Shown here: in pieces, positions 47,766 through 58,645 of the stretch
Layout of the letters: each line of letters opens with the position of its first letter
Numbering within the stretch: the first letter of the stretch is position 1
Assembly: GCA_963719225.1 (NCBI GenBank)
Contig: CAVRAY010000002.1
Span: 448,001 to 512,000 of the forward strand
Source of the DNA: Thermoanaerobaculia bacterium
GTDB lineage: Bacteria > Acidobacteriota > Thermoanaerobaculia > UBA5066
DNA length: 64,000 bases
Direction: 5' to 3'
Translations under genes and position numbers: made by a program
Notes under the pieces: generated by a model
The model's input: the letters and a program-made list of their open reading frames with translations, nothing else
The model's database searches: none
Told to the model about the DNA's origin: nothing

Positions 47766-50700
47766 TCACTTCGTGCGTGAGACCTCGACCAACGCCCCGT
47801 TCGAGTTGCCGCGGACGGCCGCGTCGTACATCAGCTCGCTCTTGGCCGGAGGCTGGATGAAAGAGCCCGGCGTCACGGCGCGGGTCCGGAAGCGGAAGTC
47901 GTACGTGCCCGCCGGGAGCGTGTCGTAGAAATAGGCCACGGCGTCGTCGAGGAACCTGACGTACGTCGGGGCGAGCGTGGGAGGCTTGCTCGGCGCGGCC
48001 TCACGCGGCGCGGTGGCGAGGGCCGGGTTCAGGGGCTCGAGTCCGGCCGCCAGCGGCGCCGTGATCGCCACGTGATGCCGTACCTGGGGATTCACGATCT
48101 GGACGTGCTCCTCCACGATGGCGCCGATCGCGAGCGGCACCGTGATTCCCGGCTCACCCAGGGCGATCCTCTCCGGGGGCGCGCCGTCCACGATCCGGAA
48201 GAGCTCGCGCGTCACGACGAAGCCGTTCGACGCCGACGCGGCGCGGCTCCCGTCCTCGGCGAGGACGTAGCGCGTCTCGGCGGCGAGGACCAGCGGCCGC
48301 GAGGCCGAGGTCACGGCGAGTGGTGTTTCGGCGGGCGCCCTCGAAGCGAGCCTGGCAACCGCGCTCCCGGCCGCGGGGGCGAGCGGCTTGGCCTCGGCAC
48401 CCTCCTTCACGATGCACGTGAAGGCCTCGGGCTTTCCGGAGCCCAGGACGTCCGAGAGCGCGAGGAGAGCCGCGGCGTTTGCGTTCGTCGATCCCCAGCC
48501 GTCGCCGCGCCCCATCGTCACGAGCGCGTTGACGAGCGCGCCGAGACGCGTGTCCCCGGGGACGACGCGGTGGAGAGCACGCAGGACCTCCGCGAGCGCC
48601 CGCGGCTCGCTGCAGAGGAGGACGAGATCGCCGAGCCGGTCGCCGTCCTGGAGGCCGCCGTAGACCGCTTTTCCTTCGCGGCTCCGCCAGATGATGCCGT
48701 CCCAGAGCGTGTTGCCGATGGCGAGAGCCGTCTCGCTCCTGGCCTCCTTCGAGCGTGAGAAAGCGAGGAGCACCTCTGCTTTTCCTTCGAGCCTCAGGAA
48801 CTGGGGTCTCCGCGCCAGCTCGGCGGCGTAGGCCGCGTCGAAGCGGCCGGCGTGCGCGAGAGCGGAGAGCGCCCACGTCCTCTCGAGGAACGACTCGCCT
48901 CCGACGAAGCGGGGGTAGTCGGATCTCAGCGCCTTCTCGAGCGACGTCAGGAGCCGCTCGAGGAGCTTGTCGTCGATCGCGAAGCCCGCCTCCTTCGTCT
49001 CCACCAGAAAATCGACGGACCACGCGGTGAGGGAGACGTATCCGGGCGATCCCGGCCAGAAGGCGACGAAGCCGTTCGGGTCGATCGCGTCTGCGATCGC
49101 CTTCTGCGCGGTCGAGAAGGCGCGGGTCGCCCGCTCCTCGTCGCCCGTCCTTCCGAGGAGGGCGCGCAGCTTCCGCGCCGCGGCGAGAGCGCGCGCGGCG
49201 CTCATCGTCTGCTCCGTGCAGCCGTAGGGATACTCGTCGAAGAAATCGAGGCCATTCGCCATCTTGATGACGGCAGGTTCGGACGAGACGAGGAGCGAGC
49301 GCCGGAGCGTCCCCGCCCGGACCCGGTCCTTGATCTCGGGGACCGTGAACGTCGCCCCCGGGGCGAGGTCGGCGAGGATCCGCTTCAGGACCGGATCGCG
49401 ATCCGCGTGGATCGGCAGCTTCACCTCGAAGGCGTCGCTCGCCTTGTCGCTCGCCCTCTCGACACCGGCGCGGAACGTGACGTGACCGGACGCGTTCGCG
49501 GGCACTTTCACCCCGAACTCGATGCGCTCGGGCTTGTTCGGCTCCAGGGCGAGCGCGCGTGCGGCGGAACCTTCGAGCGAGGCGCCCAGGACCTTGACCT
49601 GGGCGGCGGCCGGGCCGCCTTTCCCTTCCACGATGCGGGCCAGGGCGGCCCCCGTGAAGACGTCTCCGGCACGAACGAAGCGGGGAAGCGCGGGCTGGAT
49701 GATCACGGGCAGCCGGACCGCGATCGTCCCGGTCCCGAAGCCAAAGCGGTCCGGGCCGCTCATCACCTTGGCGCGCACCTTGAAGTTCGTCAGGTTGTCG
49801 GGGAGCTGCACCTGGACGGTTTTCGTTCCGTCGGGTCCGACGAGGATCGCCGGGTCGTAGAAAGGAACGGTCTTGAAATTCCGGCGGACTGTGGCGCGGT
49901 CGATGATCCCGCCCGCGGCCCCGCCGTCCCCGCCGGGCGCCTCCGCGAACGGCAGGAGCCCGAAGACTGAGTTGCGCGTGTCGCGCACGAGGAGGTGCGA
50001 GCGGACCGGTGTGATGAAGTCCGGCAGCGGGTCCAGGCGCTGCTCCTTGCCGAGCGCGAGAACGGCCTGATCCACGAGCCAGAGAGTGACCTCGCCGGCA
50101 AGGGGTTTGCCCTGCGGATCCTTGAGAGTGATCGTCACGTCCACCTTCCGGCCCGGCATCGAAACGTCGGGGTGCGCCAGGGTCACCGCGACGCGGTTGG
50201 CCACGGGCTCCACCTCGAGCCAGGCGGTCGCCGCCATCGTCGAGGGCTTCCCGAGATCCGTGGCGTTTCCGGAGCTCGGGCCGGCTCCGGCGATCCGGCC
50301 GCGCATCAGGACGAAATGCACCGGCACGCGCGGGGCGAACGTCGGGAGGACGTCGAGACGGTACGTTCCGGCGCCCTTCTCAACGTCGAGCCACTCGTAC
50401 CGGTTGCCCTCCGGCGCTTCCACGATCGCAAGCGCGCGTGCCTTCTGGAACGGGCTCTGGAGGACGATCGCGGCCTTCGCTCCGGGCTGGTACCTGGCCT
50501 TGTCCGTCGCGACAGCGAAGACCTTCGTGACGGGCCGGGCCCACGTCACGGGCTCGTCGCCGCCCGCGTAGAGGTCGATGGCGACGATTTGCGCGCGCCC
50601 GAGCCGGTCACGCGCCTCGAGCTCCACGACGTAAACCCCCGACGACGAGATCGGGAGCGGGACGGTCAGCGGCGTGAGCTGGCTCTTCACCGTCTGCTCG

Positions 50701-53468
50701 CTCACTTTTTCGTCGACGACGTCGGTCAGGTACCGGGCGATGCCGTCGGAGAAATCGCTGGCGCGGAGAACCGAGTGCCACTGCCGCTTAAGCAGCCGGA
50801 CCGTGATCGTCTTTCCTTCGATCTCCTTTCCGTCGGGGCCGACCGCGATGACGCGCGGTGAGAGCGTCCGCGCGTGCTCCACGAAGCGCGGCACGTCGAG
50901 GCCGAGGACGAACGGCGGCAGCGCCGCGATGCGCCGCGTGGAGGTGACCGTCTGATCGTCGGCTCCGGTGACGGTGGCCTCCACGACGTACGTGCGCGGC
51001 TGGGCCGTCGGCTCGATGGCCGGGTTGAGCTTGAGCGTCGCGCCTCCGGCGTCGTTCGTGGTGTCGTCCTTCGTCAGGCGGGGAGACGACCGGAAGCGCT
51101 CGGCGCGCGAGAAGCGCCCGTCGGACGAGAAGCGGAATCCCTCGCGCTGCGGGGGACTCCAGTCGTGCGGAAACTGCGTCACGCGCCATTGAACGGGACG
51201 AGAGCTCACCTTCCCGCCGGCGTAGTAGGTCGCGGTGAGGGAGACCTGGAACTCCTTGTCGAGCGCGGCCTGGTCGGGGCCGTGGAGGTCGACCTCGAAC
51301 TCCGGGATCCGGTAAGCCTCCATCCGGAAGCTGACGTGCCCGAACGGGCGCTTCTTCTTGTCCTCGTAATGCGCGTTGTAGATGCCGGTCGGGAGGTTCT
51401 TCTCCTTGAAGAGATGGTAGAAGCTCCCGCTCTCGGAGACCGAAACCGGCAGACGCCAGGCGAGCTCGCCCGGTCCCTCGACGACGATCGTCCCGTCCTC
51501 GGCGGGAAGCGGGTGCAGCAACCCGCGCACCCGTTCGCGGAGATATCCCTTGAGATGCACCTCGTCCTCCGGGCGGTAGACGGGGCGCTCCGTGAAGAGG
51601 TGGCAAAGTGTCTCGGCCCGGGCGCCGCGCGCTTCGAGCGGCTGAAACGCCCAGTCGAGCCAGTTGTCGCGGCTCTTCGCCCACTGGTTGTCGGCATAGC
51701 TCTCGGGCGGGTGCGCCGTGTCGAGAACGAGGAGGTCCTTTCCCTTCGTCACGACGATCCGCCTCGTCGTGCGGCTTTCGTGGACGTTCGGGCGGCCGGG
51801 CGCGTCCCAGCGGAACGTCCCGTCGGGACCGGTCGTCCCTTCCACGAAGGTTTCCCAGACCGACTTGCCGGGCATCCGATGAGTTCCTTCCAGCCGCACG
51901 GCCGCGCCCGGAACCGGAAGGCCCGTCGCGAGCGACGTCACCGTGAAGCGGACCGCCTGCGGCTCCTCGAGGGCCGTGAGCGCGAGGTCCGTCGCCTGGA
52001 TGCGCATCCAGCTCCTCAGGCTTCCCCCTTCGAGCGCGCGAAGGCCGACGAGGTAAGTACCGCTCTCGCCCGGCCCGGAGATCTTCGCGAGGTGCGGTGC
52101 GAGGTCGAGGCCGAAAGCCGCCGCATTGCCGTCGCGCTTGAGCGGGAGCTGGACGATGGCGGAGACCGGCGGCGAGCCGAGGAGCTTCACGTGTCGCGCG
52201 ATGCCCTCGGGCGCGATGTTTTGCTCGGGTGCGTTCCACGCGCCGGGCTCCTCGCCCGGTCCCGGCGGGCGTGTCGACTCGTCCGTCGTGATCGCGCGGT
52301 CGGGGAAAGGCCACAAGCTCCTGTCGAGGGGGTCGATCTTCTGGATCCTCAGGTCGAGCTTTTCGGCGCCCCGCCCGTCCACGGGCACCATTTGCGCGCC
52401 GAGCCGCTCCACGATTCCCTGCCCGGCGCCCCACTTCACGTAGGACGCGCGCCGCGGGAAGACGACGAAGGCCTCGCTCCTGCCGGCCGCATCCAGCGTG
52501 CGGCCGCGCTGATCCGTGAGCTTCGCCGGAAGGATCGAGACGGCGTAGAGAGTGTCGCGCCGGAAGGCGCCCCGGATCTCGAGCGTCCGCGCGCTGGTCT
52601 GGAGCTTCAGGTCTTCGACGGACGGCGTGAACCGGACGAGGTTGCGCGCCTCGACCGGGGAGATCGGGCGCGGCGCGCTCGAGAACTCGACGAGGATCGC
52701 CGGGCTTTCGGTGCCGCACTTGATCGCCTGATCCTTCTCGTAGAGCGTCCCCGACGGGGTGACGGGCAGCTGGCGCTCGCGACAGCCGAAGGAGAGGACG
52801 CGGAACGGCTCACCGGTCGCGAACGAAAGCTCCTTCGCGGCGCCGGCGGCGGCTTCGTCCGCGGAGAGCCGGAGCGTGAGCACCGCGCGGGTGCCGGCGG
52901 GAACCGGGTGCGCGAGGGAGAGGGAATACGAAGGGGCGTCGGCGCGACTCGTCCTCTCGAGCGCCTTGATCCTGATCTCCTCGGGCGGAAGGCGGCGTCC
53001 TAGAGAGACGCCGGGGAGCGGACGCAGCTCGAGCGTCACCATCTTCGCGAGCATCGCGGGAGGGAGCGGCTCGCCGAACGTGAGCGTGATCTCGTCGAAG
53101 GGCTCCAGCCCCTCGGCGCCGTCGTTCGGCACGGTGGCCACCGGCGCTTCGAGGAGCGTGGCGAGCGTTCCGGCCTTTCCTCCCAGCGGCGTCACGCGAA
53201 AGCGCGTCAGCGCCGGCCAGGGCTCGGCGGGGCGGAACTGGAGAGTCCGGGCGTCCAGCCACCCGTACGCGCCGGGTTGCGCGGGATCGATCGACACGAA
53301 GCGCTCGGGCCGGTCTTCCGGTCCCCCCTTCGCGGGGCCGAGGTCCGATGCGAAGAACACGGTCACCGGGTCCCAGCGGCGCAGGAGCCGGTCGGGGACG
53401 ACGCGCGGTCCCGTCTCGGCGGCGCCGATCGGGAGGGCGAGCAGGAAGGTCAGCAGAAGGGGTTTCAT
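47766..53468 (-). CDS. Bacterial alpha-2-macroglobulin with intact thioester motif
   Basis: ATG at 53468 with signal peptide; FTERPVYRP, LPDNLTNF, PALPRF, YPYGCTEQ (CTEQ at 49209-49220), WGSTNAN and TPGSFIQPPAKSELMY. Confidence 0.93.
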   Translation of the reverse strand: MKPLLLTFLLALPIGAAETGPRVVPDRLLRRWDPVTVFFASDLGPAKGGPEDRPERFVSIDPAQPGAYGWLDARTLQFRPAEPWPALTRFRVTPLGGKAGTLATLLEAPVATVPNDGAEGLEPFDEITLTFGEPLPPAMLAKMVTLELRPLPGVSLGRRLPPEEIRIKALERTSRADAPSYSLSLAHPVPAGTRAVLTLRLSADEAAAGAAKELSFATGEPFRVLSFGCRERQLPVTPSGTLYEKDQAIKCGTESPAILVEFSSAPRPISPVEARNLVRFTPSVEDLKLQTSARTLEIRGAFRRDTLYAVSILPAKLTDQRGRTLDAAGRSEAFVVFPRRASYVKWGAGQGIVERLGAQMVPVDGRGAEKLDLRIQKIDPLDRSLWPFPDRAITTDESTRPPGPGEEPGAWNAPEQNIAPEGIARHVKLLGSPPVSAIVQLPLKRDGNAAAFGLDLAPHLAKISGPGESGTYLVGLRALEGGSLRSWMRIQATDLALTALEEPQAVRFTVTSLATGLPVPGAAVRLEGTHRMPGKSVWETFVEGTTGPDGTFRWDAPGRPNVHESRTTRRIVVTKGKDLLVLDTAHPPESYADNQWAKSRDNWLDWAFQPLEARGARAETLCHLFTERPVYRPEDEVHLKGYLRERVRGLLHPLPAEDGTIVVEGPGELAWRLPVSVSESGSFYHLFKEKNLPTGIYNAHYEDKKKRPFGHVSFRMEAYRIPEFEVDLHGPDQAALDKEFQVSLTATYYAGGKVSSRPVQWRVTQFPHDWSPPQREGFRFSSDGRFSRAERFRSSPRLTKDDTTNDAGGATLKLNPAIEPTAQPRTYVVEATVTGADDQTVTSTRRIAALPPFVLGLDVPRFVEHARTLSPRVIAVGPDGKEIEGKTITVRLLKRQWHSVLRASDFSDGIARYLTDVVDEKVSEQTVKSQLTPLTVPLPISSSGVYVVELEARDRLGRAQIVAIDLYAGGDEPVTWARPVTKVFAVATDKARYQPGAKAAIVLQSPFQKARALAIVEAPEGNRYEWLDVEKGAGTYRLDVLPTFAPRVPVHFVLMRGRIAGAGPSSGNATDLGKPSTMAATAWLEVEPVANRVAVTLAHPDVSMPGRKVDVTITLKDPQGKPLAGEVTLWLVDQAVLALGKEQRLDPLPDFITPVRSHLLVRDTRNSVFGLLPFAEAPGGDGGAAGGIIDRATVRRNFKTVPFYDPAILVGPDGTKTVQVQLPDNLTNFKVRAKVMSGPDRFGFGTGTIAVRLPVIIQPALPRFVRAGDVFTGAALARIVEGKGGPAAAQVKVLGASLEGSAARALALEPNKPERIEFGVKVPANASGHVTFRAGVERASDKASDAFEVKLPIHADRDPVLKRILADLAPGATFTVPEIKDRVRAGTLRRSLLVSSEPAVIKMANGLDFFDEYPYGCTEQTMSAARALAAARKLRALLGRTGDEERATRAFSTAQKAIADAIDPNGFVAFWPGSPGYVSLTAWSVDFLVETKEAGFAIDDKLLERLLTSLEKALRSDYPRFVGGESFLERTWALSALAHAGRFDAAYAAELARRPQFLRLEGKAEVLLAFSRSKEARSETALAIGNTLWDGIIWRSREGKAVYGGLQDGDRLGDLVLLCSEPRALAEVLRALHRVVPGDTRLGALVNALVTMGRGDGWGSTNANAAALLALSDVLGSGKPEAFTCIVKEGAEAKPLAPAAGSAVARLASRAPAETPLAVTSASRPLVLAAETRYVLAEDGSRAASASNGFVVTRELFRIVDGAPPERIALGEPGITVPLAIGAIVEEHVQIVNPQVRHHVAITAPLAAGLEPLNPALATAPREAAPSKPPTLAPTYVRFLDDAVAYFYDTLPAGTYDFRFRTRAVTPGSFIQPPAKSELMYDAAVRGNSNGALVEVSRTK

Positions 53469-56400
53469 CGCGGGCTTCCTTTTTCTTCGTCGGGCGTCTC
53501 GGCGTCGGGCTCGCCCTCGCCTTTCGACGCGGCAGCCTCCTCGTCGCTCTCCTCGACCCGTGCGGCGCTTGCACTCCTGGCGGGCGGCTCCGCGAGGACG
53601 TACGTTCGGATCACGTCGGCAGGCGGACCCGTGCCGGGCGGGTCCACGCCTGCCAGCGCGGGACGGATCCTCACGGGCGCGGCGTCGGCCGGGGCGCGGA
53701 CGGAAACGAGATAGTCGCCGACGGCGAGCTCCGGCATCTGGACCAGCCCCTCGCCCAGCCGGGCGCCGCCGGCCGATAGAAGCGTCGCGGTGACGAGGTC
53801 CGAGCTCGCGCGAACTCCGAGGCCGACGGCGCCTGAGCGCGCGACGTGGAATCCGTAGAGCCGCGCCTGACCCGCGCCGAGGAGGATCTCGGGTCCAAGT
53901 CCTTCGGCGATCTTCGTGACGGGCGTTGCCGTCAGCGTGGCGCGGCCTGAGAGCGATCCGGAGCCGAGCGCCCTGAGGAGGATTCGCGCCGAGCCGGAAG
54001 AAGCGTAGAGGTCGAGCCTCACGCCGCCTTGGTGGATGGCCACTTCGGGCGGGGCGCCGTCGCGCGTGACGAGCGAAAGCGCGGGGCCCGCGGAACGGAA
54101 CGAGAGAAGTGACGGCGCGCTCGAAGCGACCGTGAAAGTCGCGACCTCGCCCGAGAGCGTCACGGCGACCGGCGGCGCGAGCGCGACGGGCGGCGTTCCC
54201 GCTCCGTCGCCGAAGAGGTCGGCGGCCTCGCTTCCCGGACGGTCGACCCAGGCGAGAACGAGACCGGGAGCGTGCGGCAGCAGGAGCGTGCCGCCTTCCA
54301 CGGGGACCACGAGGTCGGCGCCGCGGAGGTTCCGCGCGTCGGGAGAGAGGAGCGTGACCGGGCCCGAAGCGCCCCGCACGTGAAGGGTGCGCGTCTCCCC
54401 CGAAGGGGGAGCGGCAACGGGGATCCGAAGCGTCCCGCCGTCGGGGAGAGACGCGGCGAAAGGAGCGCGCGGGACGAGCGCGGCCGGCGCCCCCGACGTC
54501 GCGAAGACGTCGAGCGCGAACCGGGTCTCGGAGAGAGACGCCGAAAGGAGGGCGATCTTCTCGCCGTCCGTCTCGAGCGTCTCGTCGGCCGGAGCGTCCG
54601 TCGTGCCGAGGAGCGCGAGTCCGTCGCGACCCTTCGAGACGAGAGCAAAGAGCCCCGCACCGAGCGCGACACGGAGCCTCTTCACGCCGGAGGGAAGGAC
54701 GAAGGCGCGCGCCGCGAGGCCGGCGACGGCGCCGTCGAACGAGAGGCGCGCGGGAGTCTCGGTGCGTGGGTTCGCGAAGGCGATTCGCGAAAGGACCACG
54801 TCCGAGAGGGGCTCGCCCGGGCCGGCGGCCAGGGAAACGGCCGGCGGCGCCTCGAGCGCGGCGGCGAACCCCGTCCGCTCGCCTGCGGTCGCGGCTCCGC
54901 GAGTGAGAAGGAGGCCGGGCTGACCCGTTGCCGCCCGGGCTCGCACGAGGACCGGCCCCTTGGCGACGGCGAGGTCGCAGAGCGCCCCAGATGCGTCGAG
55001 CGTCACCTCCTTCTCGTCGAGCTTCACGCGCGCACCGCGCACCGGGCCCTCGGAGACGATGACGATTCGCTTTCCTCCGCCCGCGACGAGCCCCTCGACC
55101 TGGAGGGCCGGCGCGTCGGGAGCGGTGCTGACGCGCAGAGCAGAACCGGAAGTCTCGAGGCGGAAAACGCCGGGGCGCTCGAGCGCGACTGCGACGGCGC
55201 CGTTCGGGAGCGCGCCGCCTTTCTCGAGCTGGCGCTCTTTCCACTCGACGAGCGGCACGCTGGAGGCCGCGACCTTCACGGACCCGCCGCGCCCGTCCGC
55301 CGAGAAGAGACCGATGCGAAGCATGCGCGCCGCGCCGGTCGGAAGGAACACGCGGGCGGCGCGCCCGGTCTCCTGCGCCAGGAGCGCTCCGTCCTCCGCC
55401 ATGACGGAGAGTCCCACGCTCTCGGAGGCGGTGGCCGAGATCGAGAGGAGCGATCCCGCCGCGACGGATACCGGGATCTCGAGGACGCCTCGCCCCGGCT
55501 CGAGCTCGCGCGCGATCGGAAGCGGCTCCAGGGGGAGCGCGCTCCGCACGAGCTCCCGGAGCGCGATCGCCGTTCGGGCCGTCGGCGCTCCGGCCGGGTC
55601 GACGCGGAGCGTGTAACGCCCCGGCGCGAGCGGGCGCGCGATCGCGAAGTTCCAGTCGTCGGCCCGGTCGTCGTTCTCGGCCACGACGTTACCGGCCGAG
55701 TCGCGGAGGCGTGCGCGAACGTCGTCCACCCCGCTCGAGGCGAGCTCGTAGAGACCGGGACTTCCGATCGAAATCGGGATCTCCGCGGGGGCGGTCACGG
55801 CGCGGGAGAGACCGGCGACGAGCGGCTCGGGTGTCACCGAGACCGCGTACTCCACGCGGCTGTCGCGGCGCGCGGCGGTCGCTTCCAGGACGTACGAGCC
55901 AGGCGCGAGTGATCCGTGGAAGCCCGCGCCAGACGAAACTTCGACGGTGGCAGCGCTGTCCCTCAGGAGGCGACCCTGCATGCCGGCCGTCAGGACGACT
56001 TTCACAACGGCGGGCGCGGGCAGCGTGAAGCCGAAGCGGTCGGGGATGCGATCGGCTCCCTCGGCCGGCTCCATCCAAAGCGCAGCGGCGCTCACACCGA
56101 GCGGGAGCGCGTGCGGACCATGCCCGCGAAAGCGAAGCGGGCCGGCCTGCCGGTCGAGCGAGACGACCGCGCGCGCGGAGACCGCGAAGGGAAGGACCAC
56201 GAGGCGATACGTCCCCTTCGCGAGCGTCCGGCGGAGGTCGCCGTCCACGCCCGGCTTGAGGAGCGGCCAGCCGTCCTTGTCCTCGAGGCGAACCGGAAAT
56301 TTTCTTTTCAGCCCGAGCGCGCGAATCCGGTAGGTGCCGGCCTTGCGCACGTCGAGCCGGAGCTCCGCCGCTTCTCCGGCGCCGAGCGAAAGGCGCGCCG

Positions 56401-58645
56401 GGACGCCGTCGGTGACGTCGCCGCCGTTCACGACGGCCGTCTTCGAGAGGACGACGCCGACGTGGCCGGCGGAGAGCCCGCGAGGCTGCACGGTCACCTG
56501 GTAGTCGCCCTCCCTGAGGTAGTCGGCGACGAGCGCGTTTCGCCCGACGCCGTTCTCCGCTTCTTCGCGAAACTTCGTGACGGTGCGCGTGCGCAGGAGC
56601 GCGTTCGTCGCGAGGAGGCCGGTCGTCTCGATCCTGTAGAGGCCCGGCTCCGGCACCTTCACGTCGAAGGTCGCGGCTTCGTCCTTCGCGAGGTCGAGCG
56701 TCCGCGGCGTCTCGGGCAGGAGGTCGGGGAACTTCGGGAGTGCGGCGATCGCCTGATCGGGAAGCGGCGGCAGCGGAGCGTCCTTCGCGAGCGACCGCGT
56801 CTGCGCCGCGATCGAGAGGACCCGTGGCGCGTCTCCAGAGAGCGTCACGGCCGCTTCGTGGGCGCCGGGCGCAACCCGCGGGCGCGGAACGGCCGGCGCG
56901 CCGTTGAGCGAGATCGCGAGCGGCGTGCCGTCCTCGGTCTGCGCCACGAGAAGCGATTCCTCGGCCGTGACGAACGGAACGCTCACTGTCTCGCCGGGGC
57001 GCGCGGCGACGGCGAGCGGGTCCGTCAGGTCGAGCGGCAGCTTCCGGAAGACGAGACCCGAGACGACGCCCGGGCGTTTCCCGACGACGAGCGTGTACCA
57101 CGCGGTCTGCGAGAGAGAAACCTTCGGAAAGAGGACGCCGCCGCGAGGGGCGTGCGGCGACGGGGCGGCCTCGCCCGCTGCGCGGATCGAGAGAGTGACG
57201 ATCCCCTTCTTGACGGGGTGGACCGTGAGCTCCCAGAGCCCCGCGTCGAGATCGACGGTTCCCTTCCCGCGAAGGGCCACCGGCTTGATCTCGTTCGACC
57301 GCCGCGCGAGAGCCGGGAGGATCTGCATTCTCGCGTCGACTCCGGCCGCCTCCAGCTCGTACTTCCCGGCCGAGGCGGTCCGAAAGAAGAGCGACAGCGG
57401 GCCGTCGAGGTTTCCGCGCCCGGCCCACGGACGTCGCGGGGCGACTTCGACTTCCGCGCTCCTGAGCGGCACGCGTTGGCCGCTCTCCACGAGCACGCCG
57501 GTCTCGTCGACGGCGTCGCGCGAGTCGGCGGACGGGATGCTTCCGATCCACCAGTCGCCGCTCCCGCGCACGGCGTATTCGTCGCGCATCTCGAAGTGCG
57601 TCAGAACGTACGGCTGTCCGGCGTCGCCGCGGACGGTCACGAGCGTGAATCCGTCGGTCCGGCCGGCGACGCTCAGAGATGCAGCGGGCGGATTCGTCTT
57701 CTTGCCGATGGACGCGCTCTCCGCCGCTTCGCGGAAAGGCTGTGCGTCATCCCATGGCGCGCCGTTGAACGAGATCGGCCGGGCCTCGGGGACCTCGAGC
57801 CCCACGAACGTCGCCGCGCCCGCGATGAGGAAGCGGTCGATACCCGAGGCGCCCAGCTCGTGTCGCCCGCGCCCCGCGACGCCGTATCGCGGAATCCCCC
57901 ACACGAGAGAAAGCGGATGCTCGGCGCTTTCCTCCGCCCAGGGCTCGCCCGGAGAGCCGTAGGCGGAAAGCAGGTACAGGCCGGGCTCGAGGGCGGCCCA
58001 GAGCCGCATCACGCGAAGCGGGCGCCCGGCGCTCGGAATCGTGACCTCGCTCTCGGGCTCGGCGGCGACGAGCCAGCTTCCGCCGTTCCAGAGGCGGAGG
58101 TCGGCGAGGTTCCGGCCGGCCGCCTCGAAGGCGACCTTCCGTCGCTTGTCGATCGAGATCCACCAGGATCGCTTTTCGAAATCGGCCAGCGCCGTCTCGA
58201 CGGGCTTCGTCTCCACGAGTCGGGGCGGCGTGTCGCCGTTTTTCTCGACGAACTCGTGAACCGCGAGCTTCGCCCGCCCCTTGGCCTTCGGGTCGCCGTT
58301 GAGGACGAGGCGAACCTGTCCGCGGTCGAGGAAGACGTCCGCGCGGCCGTCCTCTTCCCCCGGCATCCCGAAACGCGGGCCGGGACCCGCCATCCGGTCG
58401 ACGACCGTCAACGCGACGCCTTCGTCGCTCTTCGCGGTCAGAGCCCAACGGCCGAACCGGGGAATGGTGACGACCGCCACCTGGCGGCCCGCGGCCGCGA
58501 TCTGCGCGGGGACGACGCGAGCCTCCTCGGCTCGGAGCGCGAGCGGAAGGAGAAGCGGGAGGAGCCACTTCCTGCGTCGCCCTGTGCGGGATTCCAATGG
58601 AAACGAGAATAGCAGCGGAACTTCGTGTGCCTTCTTGTGGCTCAT
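53465..58645 (-). CDS. Giant (~1726 aa) secreted multi-beta-sandwich protein of unknown function
   Basis: C-terminal part of ORF 53465..61339; signal-peptide-like N-terminus; repeated PPC-like modules (PGLYLL, PGLYRI, AGTYRI, PGSYVL, PGRYTL, VGDYLV; VVAENDDRADDWNF); its stop overlaps the A2M start. Exact start uncertain. Confidence 0.8.
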   Translation of the reverse strand: MSHKKAHEVPLLFSFPLESRTGRRRKWLLPLLLPLALRAEEARVVPAQIAAAGRQVAVVTIPRFGRWALTAKSDEGVALTVVDRMAGPGPRFGMPGEEDGRADVFLDRGQVRLVLNGDPKAKGRAKLAVHEFVEKNGDTPPRLVETKPVETALADFEKRSWWISIDKRRKVAFEAAGRNLADLRLWNGGSWLVAAEPESEVTIPSAGRPLRVMRLWAALEPGLYLLSAYGSPGEPWAEESAEHPLSLVWGIPRYGVAGRGRHELGASGIDRFLIAGAATFVGLEVPEARPISFNGAPWDDAQPFREAAESASIGKKTNPPAASLSVAGRTDGFTLVTVRGDAGQPYVLTHFEMRDEYAVRGSGDWWIGSIPSADSRDAVDETGVLVESGQRVPLRSAEVEVAPRRPWAGRGNLDGPLSLFFRTASAGKYELEAAGVDARMQILPALARRSNEIKPVALRGKGTVDLDAGLWELTVHPVKKGIVTLSIRAAGEAAPSPHAPRGGVLFPKVSLSQTAWYTLVVGKRPGVVSGLVFRKLPLDLTDPLAVAARPGETVSVPFVTAEESLLVAQTEDGTPLAISLNGAPAVPRPRVAPGAHEAAVTLSGDAPRVLSIAAQTRSLAKDAPLPPLPDQAIAALPKFPDLLPETPRTLDLAKDEAATFDVKVPEPGLYRIETTGLLATNALLRTRTVTKFREEAENGVGRNALVADYLREGDYQVTVQPRGLSAGHVGVVLSKTAVVNGGDVTDGVPARLSLGAGEAAELRLDVRKAGTYRIRALGLKRKFPVRLEDKDGWPLLKPGVDGDLRRTLAKGTYRLVVLPFAVSARAVVSLDRQAGPLRFRGHGPHALPLGVSAAALWMEPAEGADRIPDRFGFTLPAPAVVKVVLTAGMQGRLLRDSAATVEVSSGAGFHGSLAPGSYVLEATAARRDSRVEYAVSVTPEPLVAGLSRAVTAPAEIPISIGSPGLYELASSGVDDVRARLRDSAGNVVAENDDRADDWNFAIARPLAPGRYTLRVDPAGAPTARTAIALRELVRSALPLEPLPIARELEPGRGVLEIPVSVAAGSLLSISATASESVGLSVMAEDGALLAQETGRAARVFLPTGAARMLRIGLFSADGRGGSVKVAASSVPLVEWKERQLEKGGALPNGAVAVALERPGVFRLETSGSALRVSTAPDAPALQVEGLVAGGGKRIVIVSEGPVRGARVKLDEKEVTLDASGALCDLAVAKGPVLVRARAATGQPGLLLTRGAATAGERTGFAAALEAPPAVSLAAGPGEPLSDVVLSRIAFANPRTETPARLSFDGAVAGLAARAFVLPSGVKRLRVALGAGLFALVSKGRDGLALLGTTDAPADETLETDGEKIALLSASLSETRFALDVFATSGAPAALVPRAPFAASLPDGGTLRIPVAAPPSGETRTLHVRGASGPVTLLSPDARNLRGADLVVPVEGGTLLLPHAPGLVLAWVDRPGSEAADLFGDGAGTPPVALAPPVAVTLSGEVATFTVASSAPSLLSFRSAGPALSLVTRDGAPPEVAIHQGGVRLDLYASSGSARILLRALGSGSLSGRATLTATPVTKIAEGLGPEILLGAGQARLYGFHVARSGAVGLGVRASSDLVTATLLSAGGARLGEGLVQMPELAVGDYLVSVRAPADAAPVRIRPALAGVDPPGTGPPADVIRTYVLAEPPARSASAARVEESDEEAAASKGEGEPDAETPDEEKGSPR

